Positions 17,861 through 28,990 are shown, numbered from the stretch's first letter. The stretch: 50,053 bases of DNA from Terriglobales bacterium (GCA_035622455.1 DASPVG010000058.1:1-50053); one strand, 5' to 3'. Numbers and translations are program-made. Notes: generated from the sequence alone by a model not told the origin.

Positions 17861-17941
17861 CCTTCGGTCCCAGGACGACGCTGGCGGCTCGCTTCAACCG
17901 CACATTCTGTAATCCGGTTGCGTGCTCGCCAACGATTCGGC

Positions 17942-19258
17942 CTAGCACCTGACCAGATTCAGGGCAGTGATTCCCTTCGTCGCATTGCGGGTATCTACCA
18001 CTAACCGTGACTCGCGAACGATCCGGGGATAGTCGTAATCGGAGTGGTCGGTCACAATCAGCACGCAATCGTACTCACCTAGGTTGTCTAGGCTGGCGCA
18101 GTTCATCTGCAGGTCATATTTCCGCCCCCGACCCACAAACTTGAAATACGGATCGTGATAGCTGACCTGGGCACCCTGCCGCTGCAGCAGTTCGATAATG
18201 GTGAGGGACGGAGACTCGCGCAGGTCATCGATGTCCTTCTTATAGGCAATGCCGAGGACCAGTACTTTGGAACCGTTGACCGCCTTGCGGCGCTCATTCA
18301 GTGCCGCACCCACCGAGGCCACAACGTGATAGGGCATTTGCAGGTTCACTTCCCCTGCCAGTTCAATGAACCGGGTGCGAAAATCAAATTCGTTTGCTTT
18401 CCAGGAAAGATAGAACGGGTCGATCGGAATACAATGCCCTCCTAACCCCGGCCCCGGATAGAACGCTTGAAACCCGAATGGTTTGGTGGCTGCGGCTTCG
18501 ATTACTTCCCAGATATTGATTCCCATGCGCAGGGACAGCAGCTTCAGTTCGTTCACCAAAGCGATGTTCACGCAGCGATAGATGTTTTCGAGAAGCTTGG
18601 TCATTTCAGCCGCAGCCGGCGAGGAAACCACCACCACGCGATTGAAAACCGACCCATATAATCCGGCGGCTAATTCCGAAGCGCAGGGATCGAGCCCACC
18701 CACAACTTTTGGAATGTCGCGTCGCGCCACCGTTTGATTCCCCGGGTCCTCGCGCTCGGGTGAGAATGCAACATAGAAGTCTCCCCTGGCTGCCTTCAAT
18801 GCCGACGGGTTGCCTTTTTCCAGGATCGGAATCAGAACCTCTTCCGTCGTGCCCGGATACGTGGTGCTCTCGAGTATCACCAGCTGTCCCGAGCGGAGGT
18901 GCGGGGCAATCGATTCCGCAGTGGAGGTAATGTAACTGAGATCGGGTTCGTGATATTCGTTCAGCGGAGTGGGTACACAGATGACGATGGCATCCATTTC
19001 CCGCAACCGGGCGAAATCGACGGTTGCAGAAAATCCGCTCTGGCGAGCGAGTTGGATCTCGGTCGGAGGGATGCGATAGATATACGACCCGCCCGCAGTC
19101 AGGGTTTCCACCTTCTTGCGATCAATATCAAAGCCTGTGACCGGGAAGTGCTGCTCGTTAAACAAGAGAGCCAACGGCAATCCGACATATCCCAGGCCGA
19201 TAATGCCGACCTGCGCCGTACGCGACTGGAGCTTGTTCTTGAATTGTTGTGCGCTCAT
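17942..19258 (-). CDS. nucleotide-sugar dehydrogenase (UDP-glucose/GDP-mannose dehydrogenase family; UDP-N-acetyl-hexosamine dehydrogenase-like)
   Basis: Rossmann motif VGIIGLGYVGLPLA and catalytic-Cys motif GLGGHCIPIDP. Start chosen at MSAQQF (438 aa). Alternative starts lie at 19288 and 19450. Confidence 0.85.
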   Translation of the reverse strand: MSAQQFKNKLQSRTAQVGIIGLGYVGLPLALLFNEQHFPVTGFDIDRKKVETLTAGGSYIYRIPPTEIQLARQSGFSATVDFARLREMDAIVICVPTPLNEYHEPDLSYITSTAESIAPHLRSGQLVILESTTYPGTTEEVLIPILEKGNPSALKAARGDFYVAFSPEREDPGNQTVARRDIPKVVGGLDPCASELAAGLYGSVFNRVVVVSSPAAAEMTKLLENIYRCVNIALVNELKLLSLRMGINIWEVIEAAATKPFGFQAFYPGPGLGGHCIPIDPFYLSWKANEFDFRTRFIELAGEVNLQMPYHVVASVGAALNERRKAVNGSKVLVLGIAYKKDIDDLRESPSLTIIELLQRQGAQVSYHDPYFKFVGRGRKYDLQMNCASLDNLGEYDCVLIVTDHSDYDYPRIVRESRLVVDTRNATKGITALNLVRC

Positions 19259-19763
19259 CGAAACCACTTCCTGGAGAGCACTTGACATGGATTGACCCCG
19301 AAGAATTGGATTTACAATAGACGTCCACACTTCTGGTTCCAGCTTTTCTCCGCTCCAAAGCTTTAGGGGGATGCCGGAGCAGTGGCGGTCTGCCTTAAGC
19401 GGCCAACAGCCCTGAGATGCGTACCCTTCTATAGATCGGGCGAACCGCAAGTATTATACCGCGCCCGGTTGGCTTTCGACATCGGGTGAGGGCGGAAGTT
19501 GTCGGAAGCCTAGCGATCGACCCAACGGTCACAAACTCAAATTTCCTTTTTAAAATGCGAAAACGGCAGACAGCATACCATCAATTCGGCGCCTCGCACA
19601 GTGTGAAAGAATTTTCATCCGGCAGGCACTCGGCTTGCATCCGGAGCGCACAAAGTATCCCATGCTTTCCCCAATAATTTTCGCCACCTCTCGGCTTGGC
19701 CCCCACCTGGCGGACACCGATTTCGAGGTGAAGTTTGCTGCACGCAGGTGAGCGAGCATGGAC

Positions 19764-21701
19764 TTAGCCGTGTCGTGCGATTTCATTGACTGCGCGCCAT
19801 GCCTGATCGATGGCTGCGTCGGTGTAGGCCCGCGCCGCCGCATCCGAATTAGCGATCGAAATCCGGCCGAATGGCTTTCGTGCGATCACGCACGGCCGTT
19901 CTTGTCGCGGCCAATCCGGATCGGAGAGCGACTCATACTCGTAGGCATAGCCGTGCGCCCAGCGGTTCACCGTGATGGCTGCAATGTCACGCGCGGGATC
20001 AAATCCGGCGGAGCCCAGCATGCTCTGCAATTGATCGCGAATCTTGCGCTCCATGTCGGAAAACGGCGTCGAGTACAGCTCGAGGCGGCCCAGGCGGTAC
20101 TGCACGCGCCGCGGCAGCCCCACCTTGCAGGGGGAACGAAGCATGAACAAAATCATCGGCTCGTCGGGATGGCTGGGGAAGCGGTAGTCGCCCAGGCTCA
20201 CGGGAAAATCGAGCGCCGCATAGGTGTGATAACTGGCGGGCGCAACAATCTGGTGGATGCCGAGGTTGCGGAACACCGACCAATTCCGAATCGCAACGTG
20301 GGTATAGAGGTACGGAACCTTCACACAAAATGCCAGCGCCTTTTTCTGTTTTTCCGGCAGTTCGGGGCAGAGGTACGGAATCATCGCGTTGTAACAGGCA
20401 AGAACACAGGCTTTTGCCTGGACACTGGAAAGCTTCCCGCTGGTCACATAGGCAATTTCCACTTCTTTCGCTGTGGCCGCCTCTCCCACATGGCGTGCCC
20501 GAACTACCGTGCTGTCCAGACGTATGCGCACCGGAGCATCCGCCCGATCGAGCCGGGTATAATCCGCGCGGCTCGTGACCACGTCTTCCATCGTGTCGCC
20601 CGGAACCGATTCCGGTACCAAGGCGCGTACCAGGAGGCGCGCCACGGAGGCGTTCCCGTCAGGAAAATGGAAGATATACGGTTCCGCCTCGGCTGGAGGC
20701 TCACCCAATTGCAACCCGGCAAAACCCGCATAGGTCATGGCGCCGTAGTCGTCGGGATTCTCGAAGCAGGTCAGCGCGGAAACGGCGTCGATCCCCACAC
20801 CGAACAAGTCCGCAGGATAGGTCTGAAAGAATGGCAATACGTCGGGATGGGCCTTGCAGTACTTGGTCAGATAATCCGCGTAGCTGACTTTGGCGAGTTT
20901 GGCCCGTTTTTCCTTCGCGGATAGCCCTGGAAGGTAGTCCACTTTTTCTTGGTAGAGGCGCACGATATCGCGGCGGGCTGCGTCGGACATCGGCGCTTTG
21001 CTCAGAAACTCAGGCCAGGGTGTTTTTCCCATACCCGTCAGCAGACGATCGCTGCCGAAGGTCTCGCGGTCGAAGAAACAGCCCGTGCCCAGGCTCGAAT
21101 AGAGCTTCTGATCGTAGTACTTGTAGAAGCGTCGGGTTTCGATTCCAAGCTCCGCGAGCAGGTTCTTGGCCACGTGACTGTATGCGGAGGGATCTTCAAT
21201 CGATTGCGTGCCACCGTTGCTCAGGAGCAGACGGCCCCCGACCTCAAATTCGTTGCGCTTGGCGTGTCCCCCGAAGTCGTCATGATTATCGAGGATCAGG
21301 ATGCGGGCCCCCGGGCCCGCCTTCTTGCGATAAAAATAAGCGGCCGCCAGACCGCTGATGCCCCCACCGACGACGACAAGATCGTAGGTTTCGCCAGTGC
21401 TTCGAGGGCTGGAAGCGGTTCGCCAGAAAGCGTCGTCTCGCAGTTGGTGGGCGACCTCGAATGAACCCGGGTGGTTCCCTCTCATGGCGGTCAGAGCGGG
21501 GGGATAATAGCGCGGATCCTGCTCGGTGATGCCCTTGGCGAGCAACGGATCCTGTGCGGAGAGATCAGGACCGGCATCCTGTGCCATCACGCTTCCGGGT
21601 AAAAGCGAAGCGCCGACGGTCAGCGCGACCCCGTTGAGGAAGTCCCGGCGTGTGATCTTGCGATCCATGCCGAGTTCGCGATCGCGCCAATCAGCATTCA
21701 T
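19764..21701 (-). CDS. Tat-exported FAD-dependent oxidoreductase, spermidine dehydrogenase (SpdH)-like
   Basis: Twin-arginine signal [23 protein letters not shown]. Also [20 protein letters not shown] and the dinucleotide fold [19 protein letters not shown]...[17 protein letters not shown]. The start may be the Met at 21668. Confidence 0.75.
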   Translation of the reverse strand: MNADWRDRELGMDRKITRRDFLNGVALTVGASLLPGSVMAQDAGPDLSAQDPLLAKGITEQDPRYYPPALTAMRGNHPGSFEVAHQLRDDAFWRTASSPRSTGETYDLVVVGGGISGLAAAYFYRKKAGPGARILILDNHDDFGGHAKRNEFEVGGRLLLSNGGTQSIEDPSAYSHVAKNLLAELGIETRRFYKYYDQKLYSSLGTGCFFDRETFGSDRLLTGMGKTPWPEFLSKAPMSDAARRDIVRLYQEKVDYLPGLSAKEKRAKLAKVSYADYLTKYCKAHPDVLPFFQTYPADLFGVGIDAVSALTCFENPDDYGAMTYAGFAGLQLGEPPAEAEPYIFHFPDGNASVARLLVRALVPESVPGDTMEDVVTSRADYTRLDRADAPVRIRLDSTVVRARHVGEAATAKEVEIAYVTSGKLSSVQAKACVLACYNAMIPYLCPELPEKQKKALAFCVKVPYLYTHVAIRNWSVFRNLGIHQIVAPASYHTYAALDFPVSLGDYRFPSHPDEPMILFMLRSPCKVGLPRRVQYRLGRLELYSTPFSDMERKIRDQLQSMLGSAGFDPARDIAAITVNRWAHGYAYEYESLSDPDWPRQERPCVIARKPFGRISIANSDAAARAYTDAAIDQAWRAVNEIARHG

Positions 21702-22010
21702 ACAGTCGGTCTCGAAATTTCGCGTTCTCCGCCTTGCCCGGTCTGCCTCTCTGGCTGCGGATTTCGAATATTCGGCGGCGTTCCCACGACGGGGAAAATT
21801 CTAGCAAGGGATGCGGATCTTTTGCTACCGACAAGGGTTGTGACCTTCGAGCAAGAGCGGTTGGCGGTCCATCGCAAATGCCCGCGCGGACGGGAATCTT
21901 GCCTTGAGTCTACGCTCGCTGGCTTCTGCCTGAAAGCCAGTTCGCGGTTCATGAAGAAAATTGCCCGAGCTATTGCAACCGGAAAACAGAAACTGCAAAC
22001 TGGAAACTCA

Positions 22011-22742
22011 ATGCGAGCCATTGCTGTGATCCCCGCCCGGTTGCAGTCCACCCGCCTGGCTCGAAAGGTGCTGCGAGAAATTGCCGGGCGACCTCTGATC
22101 GCCCACGTGTATGAAAGCATGCGACGCTGCCCTCAGTTGGACGACGTGATCATTGCCACCGACTCCGACGAGATTCTGCAACTCTCCGAAACCCGGGGCT
22201 TTCATGCCCGCGCCACCTCAGCGGATTGCCGTAACGGAACGGAGCGAGTTCATGAAATCGCGAAATCCTGGGCGGCCGATCTCTATATCAACGTGCAAGG
22301 CGATGAGCTTTTGGCGCGCGCCGAGCACATTGCAGCCCTGGTTGGCCTGATGGGAGATTCCCGAGTTCAGGTAGGGACCTTGAAAGTTCGTGCCACCCCC
22401 GAGGACATCCGGAACCCCAATGCCGTGAAGGTGACCACCGACAAAGCCGGCAACGCGCTTTACTTCTCCCGTTCCCAGATCCCGTACGATCGTGACGGCG
22501 TAGGACCGAGCTATTTTAAGCATCTCGGCCTGTATGTGTACCGGAAAGCGGCGCTCGACCAGTATGCGAAGCTTCCTGAATCGCCGCTCGAGCAGAGTGA
22601 GCGCCTCGAGCAGCTACGATTTCTCGAGAATGGAATTGCTATCCAAGTCGCGGAGACACCCTTCGATACCATACGAGTGGATGCGGAGGAGGATCTCGAG
22701 AAGGCGCAAGCGATTCTCAAGAACCGAGCACGCCCGGATTAG
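22011..22742 (+). CDS. kdsB: 3-deoxy-manno-octulosonate cytidylyltransferase (CMP-KDO synthetase)
   Basis: MRAIAVIPARLQSTRLARKVL..IAGRPLI.HVYE...VIIATDSDEI...YINVQGDE. 243 aa from the internal ATG of the 21822 ORF. Confidence 0.9.
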   Translation: MRAIAVIPARLQSTRLARKVLREIAGRPLIAHVYESMRRCPQLDDVIIATDSDEILQLSETRGFHARATSADCRNGTERVHEIAKSWAADLYINVQGDELLARAEHIAALVGLMGDSRVQVGTLKVRATPEDIRNPNAVKVTTDKAGNALYFSRSQIPYDRDGVGPSYFKHLGLYVYRKAALDQYAKLPESPLEQSERLEQLRFLENGIAIQVAETPFDTIRVDAEEDLEKAQAILKNRARPD

Positions 22743-22753
22743 CCGGCCCGACG

Positions 22754-23923
22754 CTAGTTGGCTTTGGCGGAGTTCGCTCTCGCGGGTGGCCTGGTCCACT
22801 GTTTAGCCGCAGCCACGCGCCGCGAGATGGCCGGATGGGAGTGGAAGAACCACTCAACCCACCTCGAGGGAGACCTCTCCGCTAGGTTCTGGTCGGCGAG
22901 TTTGTTCATGGAAGATATGAACGGATCCACGCTGGCAATCGAACGAAACGCGTAACGATCTGCCTCCCGCTCGTTATGCCGGGAGAAAGCATTGATGACC
23001 GGCAAGAGGAAGAAGGAGAGGACCGTAGAAACCAATACGATCAACGGAAGGTTCGCGAAGTCCGAAAGAGTCTCGAAAATATGCCAGCGTTCCATGGCGT
23101 AGTGCAGGACCCAATTGGCCGCCCAGAATCCGGCCAAAGTAATACCCGCCTGTACCAGGATGCTCTTGAAAATGTGCTTGTGAACATGGTGTCCCAGTTC
23201 GTGAGCCAGCACGGCCTCGATTTCATCGGCAGAATAGTTTTCGAGAAGAGTGTCGGCGAGAATGATGCGCCGGGTATGGCCGAGTCCGGTCAGGGCCGCA
23301 TTGGCCTTCTTGCTTTTCTCCGAGAGGTGCCATTTGTAGACACCCCGTACCCGGGTTCCTGCACGTTCGCTGAGGCGGACCAAACGAGACTTTAGGTTTT
23401 CGTCCTGGAGGGGTTCAAACTTGTAGAAAATCGGCCACAGGAGCACCGGAGCCAGTTGCGCCAGGAGTACGAACAACCCCATACAAGCGGCCCAGGTAAT
23501 GAACCACCAGTATTGCGGGCTTTTGCGAATCAGAAAGTAGAGAAGTTCGACCACGATGATGGTGAGCAGATAGCTCACCAAGAACCCCTTGAACTCGTCC
23601 ATCAACCACGCAGCCAGTCTTTGGGTAGATAGATGGAAGCGATGCTCCAGTCGAAATCCGTAGTAGTCCAAGCTGAAGCCCAGGAGCTTGCCGATGACCA
23701 GCAGCATTCCGACGTAAAGAAGCACAGCCAGGACATAGATTTGCGCGGATGCGCGATAGGCGACGTCGCGCAAAGTTCCGTTCCATCCGGTCAGTAACAG
23801 GACCAGCAACAGAACCAGGCCGAGCGCAAAGTCCACAACTCCAAGCCATCGCCGAATGCGGTTGTAGCGCCGTGCCTCGGGCTTGTCGGTGGCGTTGTCC
23901 CACGTGAGTGGAAGGGAATTCAT
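22754..23923 (-). CDS. M48 family (Ste24/HtpX-like) zinc metallopeptidase, membrane-bound
   Basis: HELGHHVHKH zinc motif, multiple N-terminal TM segments, and the downstream NEREADRYA glutamate motif. Confidence 0.85.
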   Translation of the reverse strand: MNSLPLTWDNATDKPEARRYNRIRRWLGVVDFALGLVLLLVLLLTGWNGTLRDVAYRASAQIYVLAVLLYVGMLLVIGKLLGFSLDYYGFRLEHRFHLSTQRLAAWLMDEFKGFLVSYLLTIIVVELLYFLIRKSPQYWWFITWAACMGLFVLLAQLAPVLLWPIFYKFEPLQDENLKSRLVRLSERAGTRVRGVYKWHLSEKSKKANAALTGLGHTRRIILADTLLENYSADEIEAVLAHELGHHVHKHIFKSILVQAGITLAGFWAANWVLHYAMERWHIFETLSDFANLPLIVLVSTVLSFFLLPVINAFSRHNEREADRYAFRSIASVDPFISSMNKLADQNLAERSPSRWVEWFFHSHPAISRRVAAAKQWTRPPARANSAKAN

Positions 23924-24049
23924 TGGCTTAGCTATTCTAATGGGATCTCGAGCACTTCGGAGACCCAAAGGTGAAGGTCTCGGGCCGGGTGGCGATGGCT
24001 AATCGGCCATCGTCCCCCCGAATACCCTGCGCGCCCCCCCATCGGCTGG

Positions 24050-25465
24050 TCATGAACTCCTGACAAAAGCCTCTGCCCGGGCGAGAATCTCCGTCACCAG
24101 TTCCGGGGAAGCAGCTTCCGCGTAGATACGCAACAGAGGCTCGGTTCCCGAGGCCCGTAGCAGAACCCAGGCCTCCGCCCCCTTGCCATCAGTGGGGGCA
24201 TCGAGGAAAAGCTTCACTCCATCCAAGCCTTCTTTCTTTACGATCGAAAAGCTACCGAGACCGCGGGTGTCTTTCGCTTGCGCTCGCTCGATGGCGAGCT
24301 GTTTCACCTCGTCGGAAATGTGAAGATCGAGCCGTCCGTAGTAATGCGGGCCATACTCACGCTGCAGATCGGCCACCAGCTGCCCGAGTGGTTTGCCTTC
24401 TTCCGCCATGACATTGGCCAGCAAGAGGGCGTTGAGAATGCCATCCCGTTCGGGCAGGTATCGCGAGTACCCAATGCCACCGGACTCTTCCCCACCAATC
24501 ACGATTTCCCGCTCCATCATCAAATCAGCGATGTATTTGAAGCCGATCGGACACTCGTGAAGCTGGCGGCCATGTTTCTTGGCGATCCGATCAACCATGC
24601 GCGTGGTATTAAACGCCCGTACGACTTCGCCCGGCCATTTCTTTCTCTCGAGAAGCCAGCGGAGCAGAACGGAAAAGATCTTGTGCGAGTCTACGAAGCT
24701 GCCGTCTTCGGCGACCGCACCAATGCGGTCGGCGTCGCCATCGTTGGCCAGCCCCGCATGGCAGCTTTCCCGGACTACGGTTTGTTGCAGCATCGCCAGG
24801 TTCGGTTCGATGGGTTCGGGATTGATTCCGGGGAATAACGGATTTAACTCCTGGCGGATAGCCAAGTGTTCCACTCCGTGGTCGCGAAAGATTTTGCTCA
24901 GCACGCCTCGTCCGGAGCCATACATGGCGTCCACGGCGAACTTGAGTCGCGCCTGGCGGATGCGCGCCAGATCGGCGAAGCGACAAAGAGCCTCGATGTA
25001 GGGGTGCTTGAGATCCTCTTCCTCAATCGGTGCCTTCGGTCCGTTCAGCCGAGTGTCGGAATCCAATTGCTCCTCAATTTGGCGAATGATCTGCGGCGTG
25101 GCCGATCCGCCGAACTTGCCTTTGAATTTCACTCCATTCCAATTCCAGGGATTGTGGCTCGAGGTGATGACCACACCACCGGCCGCGCCCTGCTGCTTGA
25201 CGGCGAGAGAGATGGCAGGCGTGGGTGTGTAATCGTTCGCCAGCTTGACCGGGATCCCGGCCGCCGAGAGCACCTCGGCAGCCACCCGCGCCACCTGGTC
25301 GGATGCAAAGCGCGTGTCATAACCAACCACCACACCGCGGCGGGGATCCTCGTGCTTTCGGATATAGGCGGCGATGGCGCGGGCAACCCGGCGCACGTTC
25401 TCATAGGTGAAATCGTCAGCAATGACGCCGCGCCACCCATCGGTGCCGAACTTGATGTTGCTCAT
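24050..25465 (-). CDS. phosphomannomutase/phosphoglucomutase family protein
   Basis: KFGTDGWRG, phosphoserine loop ITSSHNPWNWNGVKF, metal loop NDGDADR, and GGEESGG. Confidence 0.9.
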   Translation of the reverse strand: MSNIKFGTDGWRGVIADDFTYENVRRVARAIAAYIRKHEDPRRGVVVGYDTRFASDQVARVAAEVLSAAGIPVKLANDYTPTPAISLAVKQQGAAGGVVITSSHNPWNWNGVKFKGKFGGSATPQIIRQIEEQLDSDTRLNGPKAPIEEEDLKHPYIEALCRFADLARIRQARLKFAVDAMYGSGRGVLSKIFRDHGVEHLAIRQELNPLFPGINPEPIEPNLAMLQQTVVRESCHAGLANDGDADRIGAVAEDGSFVDSHKIFSVLLRWLLERKKWPGEVVRAFNTTRMVDRIAKKHGRQLHECPIGFKYIADLMMEREIVIGGEESGGIGYSRYLPERDGILNALLLANVMAEEGKPLGQLVADLQREYGPHYYGRLDLHISDEVKQLAIERAQAKDTRGLGSFSIVKKEGLDGVKLFLDAPTDGKGAEAWVLLRASGTEPLLRIYAEAASPELVTEILARAEAFVRSS

Positions 25466-25552
25466 GCTTGCTTAGCCCGTGATCGCTGGTTGGCGATGGT
25501 CGCCTCCAGGCGCTTGCGACCGCCGCCCGGTGGCAACCCATTCTTCTCTCGT

Positions 25553-26677
25553 CTATACCAGCTTGTGCAGTTTCTTTTCATCCAGATACTTTACGACCTT
25601 GCCCACGTCCTGCGCCTGCTCGCGCGTCGTCACCAAGAGTGCGTCGGCAGTCTCCACCACAACCAGGTTGTTCACCCCGACGGCCGCCACAAATTTTCCG
25701 GGCGCGTGGATGTAGTTGTTCTGCGCATCCAGGGCGAAGATGCCCGCCCCGGAAATCAGGTTGCCGTCTTGCGGATGCTGTTTGGCTGCGCGATGTTCGT
25801 GCAAAGCCGTCCATGAGCCCAGATCCGTCCACCCAAACTCTGCCGGAAGACAGAAAATACCGGAGGCATGCTCTCCTCTTGCCGAGCGCGGCTCGAGGAC
25901 CGCGTAGTCGATGCTGGTGTTTTCGCATTGCGGATACAAGCGCGCGAACACGCGCACAAACCTGCCCGTCCCATAGGCCGCCGCAATCTCCTCCAAGGTC
26001 GCGGCAGTCTTCGGGAGATGCTCCGAGAGGGCATTGGCGAGCGTGCGTGCGGACCAGAGGAACATACCGCTGTTCCAGTAGTAGTTGCCCGCCTCCAGGA
26101 ACCCTCGCGCGCGAGCGTTGTCCGGCTTTTCCGTGAATCGGCGCACACGCAGCACTCCCGGGCTCATGGCCGTACCCGCTTCAATGTATCCGTAGCCGGT
26201 CTCAGCCCGGGTTGGACGAATGCCGAGGGCGACGATATTCTCGCCCGCGCGAGCGATCTCCATTCCCTGGCGCACCAGCTCGCAGAAGCGTGACTCGTGC
26301 TCAATGACCTGGTCGGAAGGAAACATGCCGATCAAAGCACCGGGATCTCTGCGAAGGAGCAAGAATGCCGCCAAGCCGACGGCCGGAGCCGTGTTTCTTC
26401 CCACCGGTTCGGCGATGATCTGTCGGCCGGTAAGCCGCGGAAGCTGGTGTGCGACTTCCCTTCGCAAATCCTGGTTGGTGATGACCCAGCAATGCCTGGC
26501 AGGAGCGAGGGGCAGCAAACGCCGCAGGGTCTGCTGGATCATGGTCTCGCGGCCATCCAAGGCAAGCAGCTGTTTGGCGTGGCGCTTGCGGCTCATGGGC
26601 CAGAAGCGTGTGCCTCGGCCTCCGGCGAGAATTACGGGATAGAAATTAAGTTCGATTTTCGGCAAGGATACAGGCAC
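25553..26677 (-). CDS. manC: mannose-1-phosphate guanylyltransferase
   Basis: YPVILAGGRGTRFWPMSRKRHAKQLL N-terminal nucleotidyltransferase signature. 374 aa with no fused isomerase domain. Confidence 0.88.
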   Translation of the reverse strand: MPVSLPKIELNFYPVILAGGRGTRFWPMSRKRHAKQLLALDGRETMIQQTLRRLLPLAPARHCWVITNQDLRREVAHQLPRLTGRQIIAEPVGRNTAPAVGLAAFLLLRRDPGALIGMFPSDQVIEHESRFCELVRQGMEIARAGENIVALGIRPTRAETGYGYIEAGTAMSPGVLRVRRFTEKPDNARARGFLEAGNYYWNSGMFLWSARTLANALSEHLPKTAATLEEIAAAYGTGRFVRVFARLYPQCENTSIDYAVLEPRSARGEHASGIFCLPAEFGWTDLGSWTALHEHRAAKQHPQDGNLISGAGIFALDAQNNYIHAPGKFVAAVGVNNLVVVETADALLVTTREQAQDVGKVVKYLDEKKLHKLV

Positions 26678-26695
26678 CTGCTTCGTAGTCCGTGG

Positions 26696-27712
26696 TCAGA
26701 ACTCGGTCACCGGTTCCGAGACTGCTTGATTCGGCAACGACGATTTGAGGAACCTGATGGGCTCGTGGGGCCGGATGCGAAAGCCATCGAGCGACGCCGG
26801 CACTACCACTGCATGACCCTTCGTTATGGCCACGGGCTCCAGACCTTCCCATTCAACGACGCCACTCCCCTCGATGGCCACCAGAATCTGAACCGAGCAC
26901 TTGCTCCCCGGCAGTCGAAACTCAAAGGGCTGGTTGAGTTCGTATAACTCCACAACAAAATAGGGCGAAGCCACCAGCGGCCAATAGCGATTTCGGTCGC
27001 CTTGAATCTGAGTCGGGGCCGGTCGGATGACCTTACCCGACCGCACCCTTTCTTTGATAGCGGATAGTCCTTCCCTCAGGTGTAACTCTCGCGGCCGCCC
27101 ATAATCATACAACCGGTAGGTGAGGTTGGACGGTTGCTGCGTCTCGACAATGATCGAACCTGGCCCCAGAGTGTGTACCGTACCTCCGGCTACGTAAATC
27201 ATCTCTCCGGCTCGTACGTCGACCCAGTTGAGAAGCTCCTCGGCTCGTTCCTGTTGGATGGAATGTTCAAACTGTTGTCTGGTTACTCCCGGCTTGAGCC
27301 CAACCGCGACCTGGGCGCTGGCCTGGGCGTGGGCAACATACCAGCATTCGGTTTTGCCGCAAGCCTTTCCGTGCCGTAGGGCGGTTTCGTCATCCGGATG
27401 TACTTGAACCGAGAGCTTCTCGCAAGGAAACAAGAACTTGACGAGCAGCGGGAAACGCGACCCATCCGGAGCGCTTTCGCCGACCAGGTCGCGCCCGTAC
27501 TCGGCGCTCAACCTGGCCAGCGACTGGCCTTGGAGCCAGCCGTTTGCCACTTTCGAATGGTCTGCGGTCAGCCACGCCTCACCGATCTTTTCGGCAAAGT
27601 GATGGTGGGGATAGATGGGCGACAAGTCCCGGGTTCCCCAGGGGCGCGGGTCAAAGACAGGCGACATCACGAGAGGGTACAGGTCGCGCATGGACGCAAA
27701 AAGCTGAGCCAT
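26696..27712 (-). CDS. manA: mannose-6-phosphate isomerase, class I
   Basis: PWG...GEAW...FPLLVKFLFPCEKLSVQVHPDD ... VHTLGPG cupin motifs typical of type I PMI. Confidence 0.85.
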   Translation of the reverse strand: MAQLFASMRDLYPLVMSPVFDPRPWGTRDLSPIYPHHHFAEKIGEAWLTADHSKVANGWLQGQSLARLSAEYGRDLVGESAPDGSRFPLLVKFLFPCEKLSVQVHPDDETALRHGKACGKTECWYVAHAQASAQVAVGLKPGVTRQQFEHSIQQERAEELLNWVDVRAGEMIYVAGGTVHTLGPGSIIVETQQPSNLTYRLYDYGRPRELHLREGLSAIKERVRSGKVIRPAPTQIQGDRNRYWPLVASPYFVVELYELNQPFEFRLPGSKCSVQILVAIEGSGVVEWEGLEPVAITKGHAVVVPASLDGFRIRPHEPIRFLKSSLPNQAVSEPVTEF

Positions 27713-27790
27713 CAGCGGGAGCGGGACAAGACAGCCGCTCTCGGCGCGGCTTCAATCGATAGCGTAGGTCGGGAAACCCAGGGTGCAGTT

Positions 27791-28990
27791 TCAGAGGGTC
27801 GCCAGAAACTTCCGCATACGTTCCAGACCACGATCTAATTCAGCCATCGAAGTCGCATAGGATACGCGAAGGTGATGGCTGGTACCGAAGCCTTCCCCCG
27901 GCACGGTGGCGACATGCGCTTCCCGAAGCAGTCTGCCTGCCAGTTCTGAAGCCGATGGAACGGCACCGCGGCTCAGGAAGGAGGAGACATTGGGATAGGC
28001 GTAGAAGGCGCCCTGGGGCAGAGTGCAGGTGATCCCGGGAATGGAACGCAGCCCGCCGACCACGTGGTCGCGGAGTTTGATGTACTCTGTGCGCATGTCC
28101 GCGATGCACTGCTGCGCTCCTTTCAGCGCCGCCACGGCCGCTTTCTGCACGATGGATGTCGGATTCGAGGTCGATTGGCTTTGCAGCTTTTGAATGGCGC
28201 TCGAAACTGCCGCAGGAGCCAAGGCGTAGCCCAAACGCCATCCTGTCATGGAATAGGTCTTCGACAGCGATCCTACAATCACCACCCGCTCCCGGAAGTC
28301 GCGCAACGAGCCTACGGAAAAGCGCCGATCCGTATAGTTCAAGTACACATAGCACTCGTCGGACATCACCCAGATCCCGCGCTCGTGGGCCAGGCGTACC
28401 ACCTCGGCCATGTCTTCGGGCGACATGATGGCGCCGGATGGATTCGAGGGCGAGTTCAGAATGATCAGCTTGGTGCGGGGGTTCAGCCGACGCTCAATCA
28501 TGGCCGCGGTTATGCGGAAGGACTGACTCTCGTCGGCCTCGACAAGAACGCAATTGCCTCCGGCGTAGCGCACGATATCTTTAAACGAAACCCAGTAAGG
28601 TACGGGCAGAATCACTTCATCACCGTGGTCGACCAGGACTTGGACGGCATTAAAGATGGCATGCTTGCCGCCGACGCATGCGACCACCTCTTCGCGCCGA
28701 TAGTCGGAATCAAAATCCACGGCATGGCGATGCACGATCGCATCGCGCAGCTCTGAGGTTCCTCCCACCGGGGTGTACCTGGTGAAGTTGCTCTGAATCG
28801 CGACAATGGCTGCTTCCTTTATGTGTTGCGGGGTGGCGAAATGGGGCTCCCCGGCGCCAAAGTCCACGACATCAATGCCTTGCTGTCGCAGTTTGTCCGC
28901 TTCATTCACCACCGCGAGCGTCGCCGAAGGTTCAATGCGGTTGATGCGCTCGGTCAATCTCAAGCTGGGGACGGCTACAGTTGGGGTCAT
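27791..28990 (-). CDS. PLP-dependent aminotransferase, class I (aspartate aminotransferase-like)
   Basis: GEPHFATPQHIKEAA ... NSPSNPSGA ... SLSKTYSMTGWRLGY (PLP-lysine motif). Confidence 0.9.
   Translation of the reverse strand: MTPTVAVPSLRLTERINRIEPSATLAVVNEADKLRQQGIDVVDFGAGEPHFATPQHIKEAAIVAIQSNFTRYTPVGGTSELRDAIVHRHAVDFDSDYRREEVVACVGGKHAIFNAVQVLVDHGDEVILPVPYWVSFKDIVRYAGGNCVLVEADESQSFRITAAMIERRLNPRTKLIILNSPSNPSGAIMSPEDMAEVVRLAHERGIWVMSDECYVYLNYTDRRFSVGSLRDFRERVVIVGSLSKTYSMTGWRLGYALAPAAVSSAIQKLQSQSTSNPTSIVQKAAVAALKGAQQCIADMRTEYIKLRDHVVGGLRSIPGITCTLPQGAFYAYPNVSSFLSRGAVPSASELAGRLLREAHVATVPGEGFGTSHHLRVSYATSMAELDRGLERMRKFLATL

Noticed and set aside
19758-20924. 388-aa plus-strand ORF
   Set aside because: It is antisense to the SpdH-like oxidoreductase gene, with low-complexity Arg/Gly/His-rich sequence and no family resemblance.
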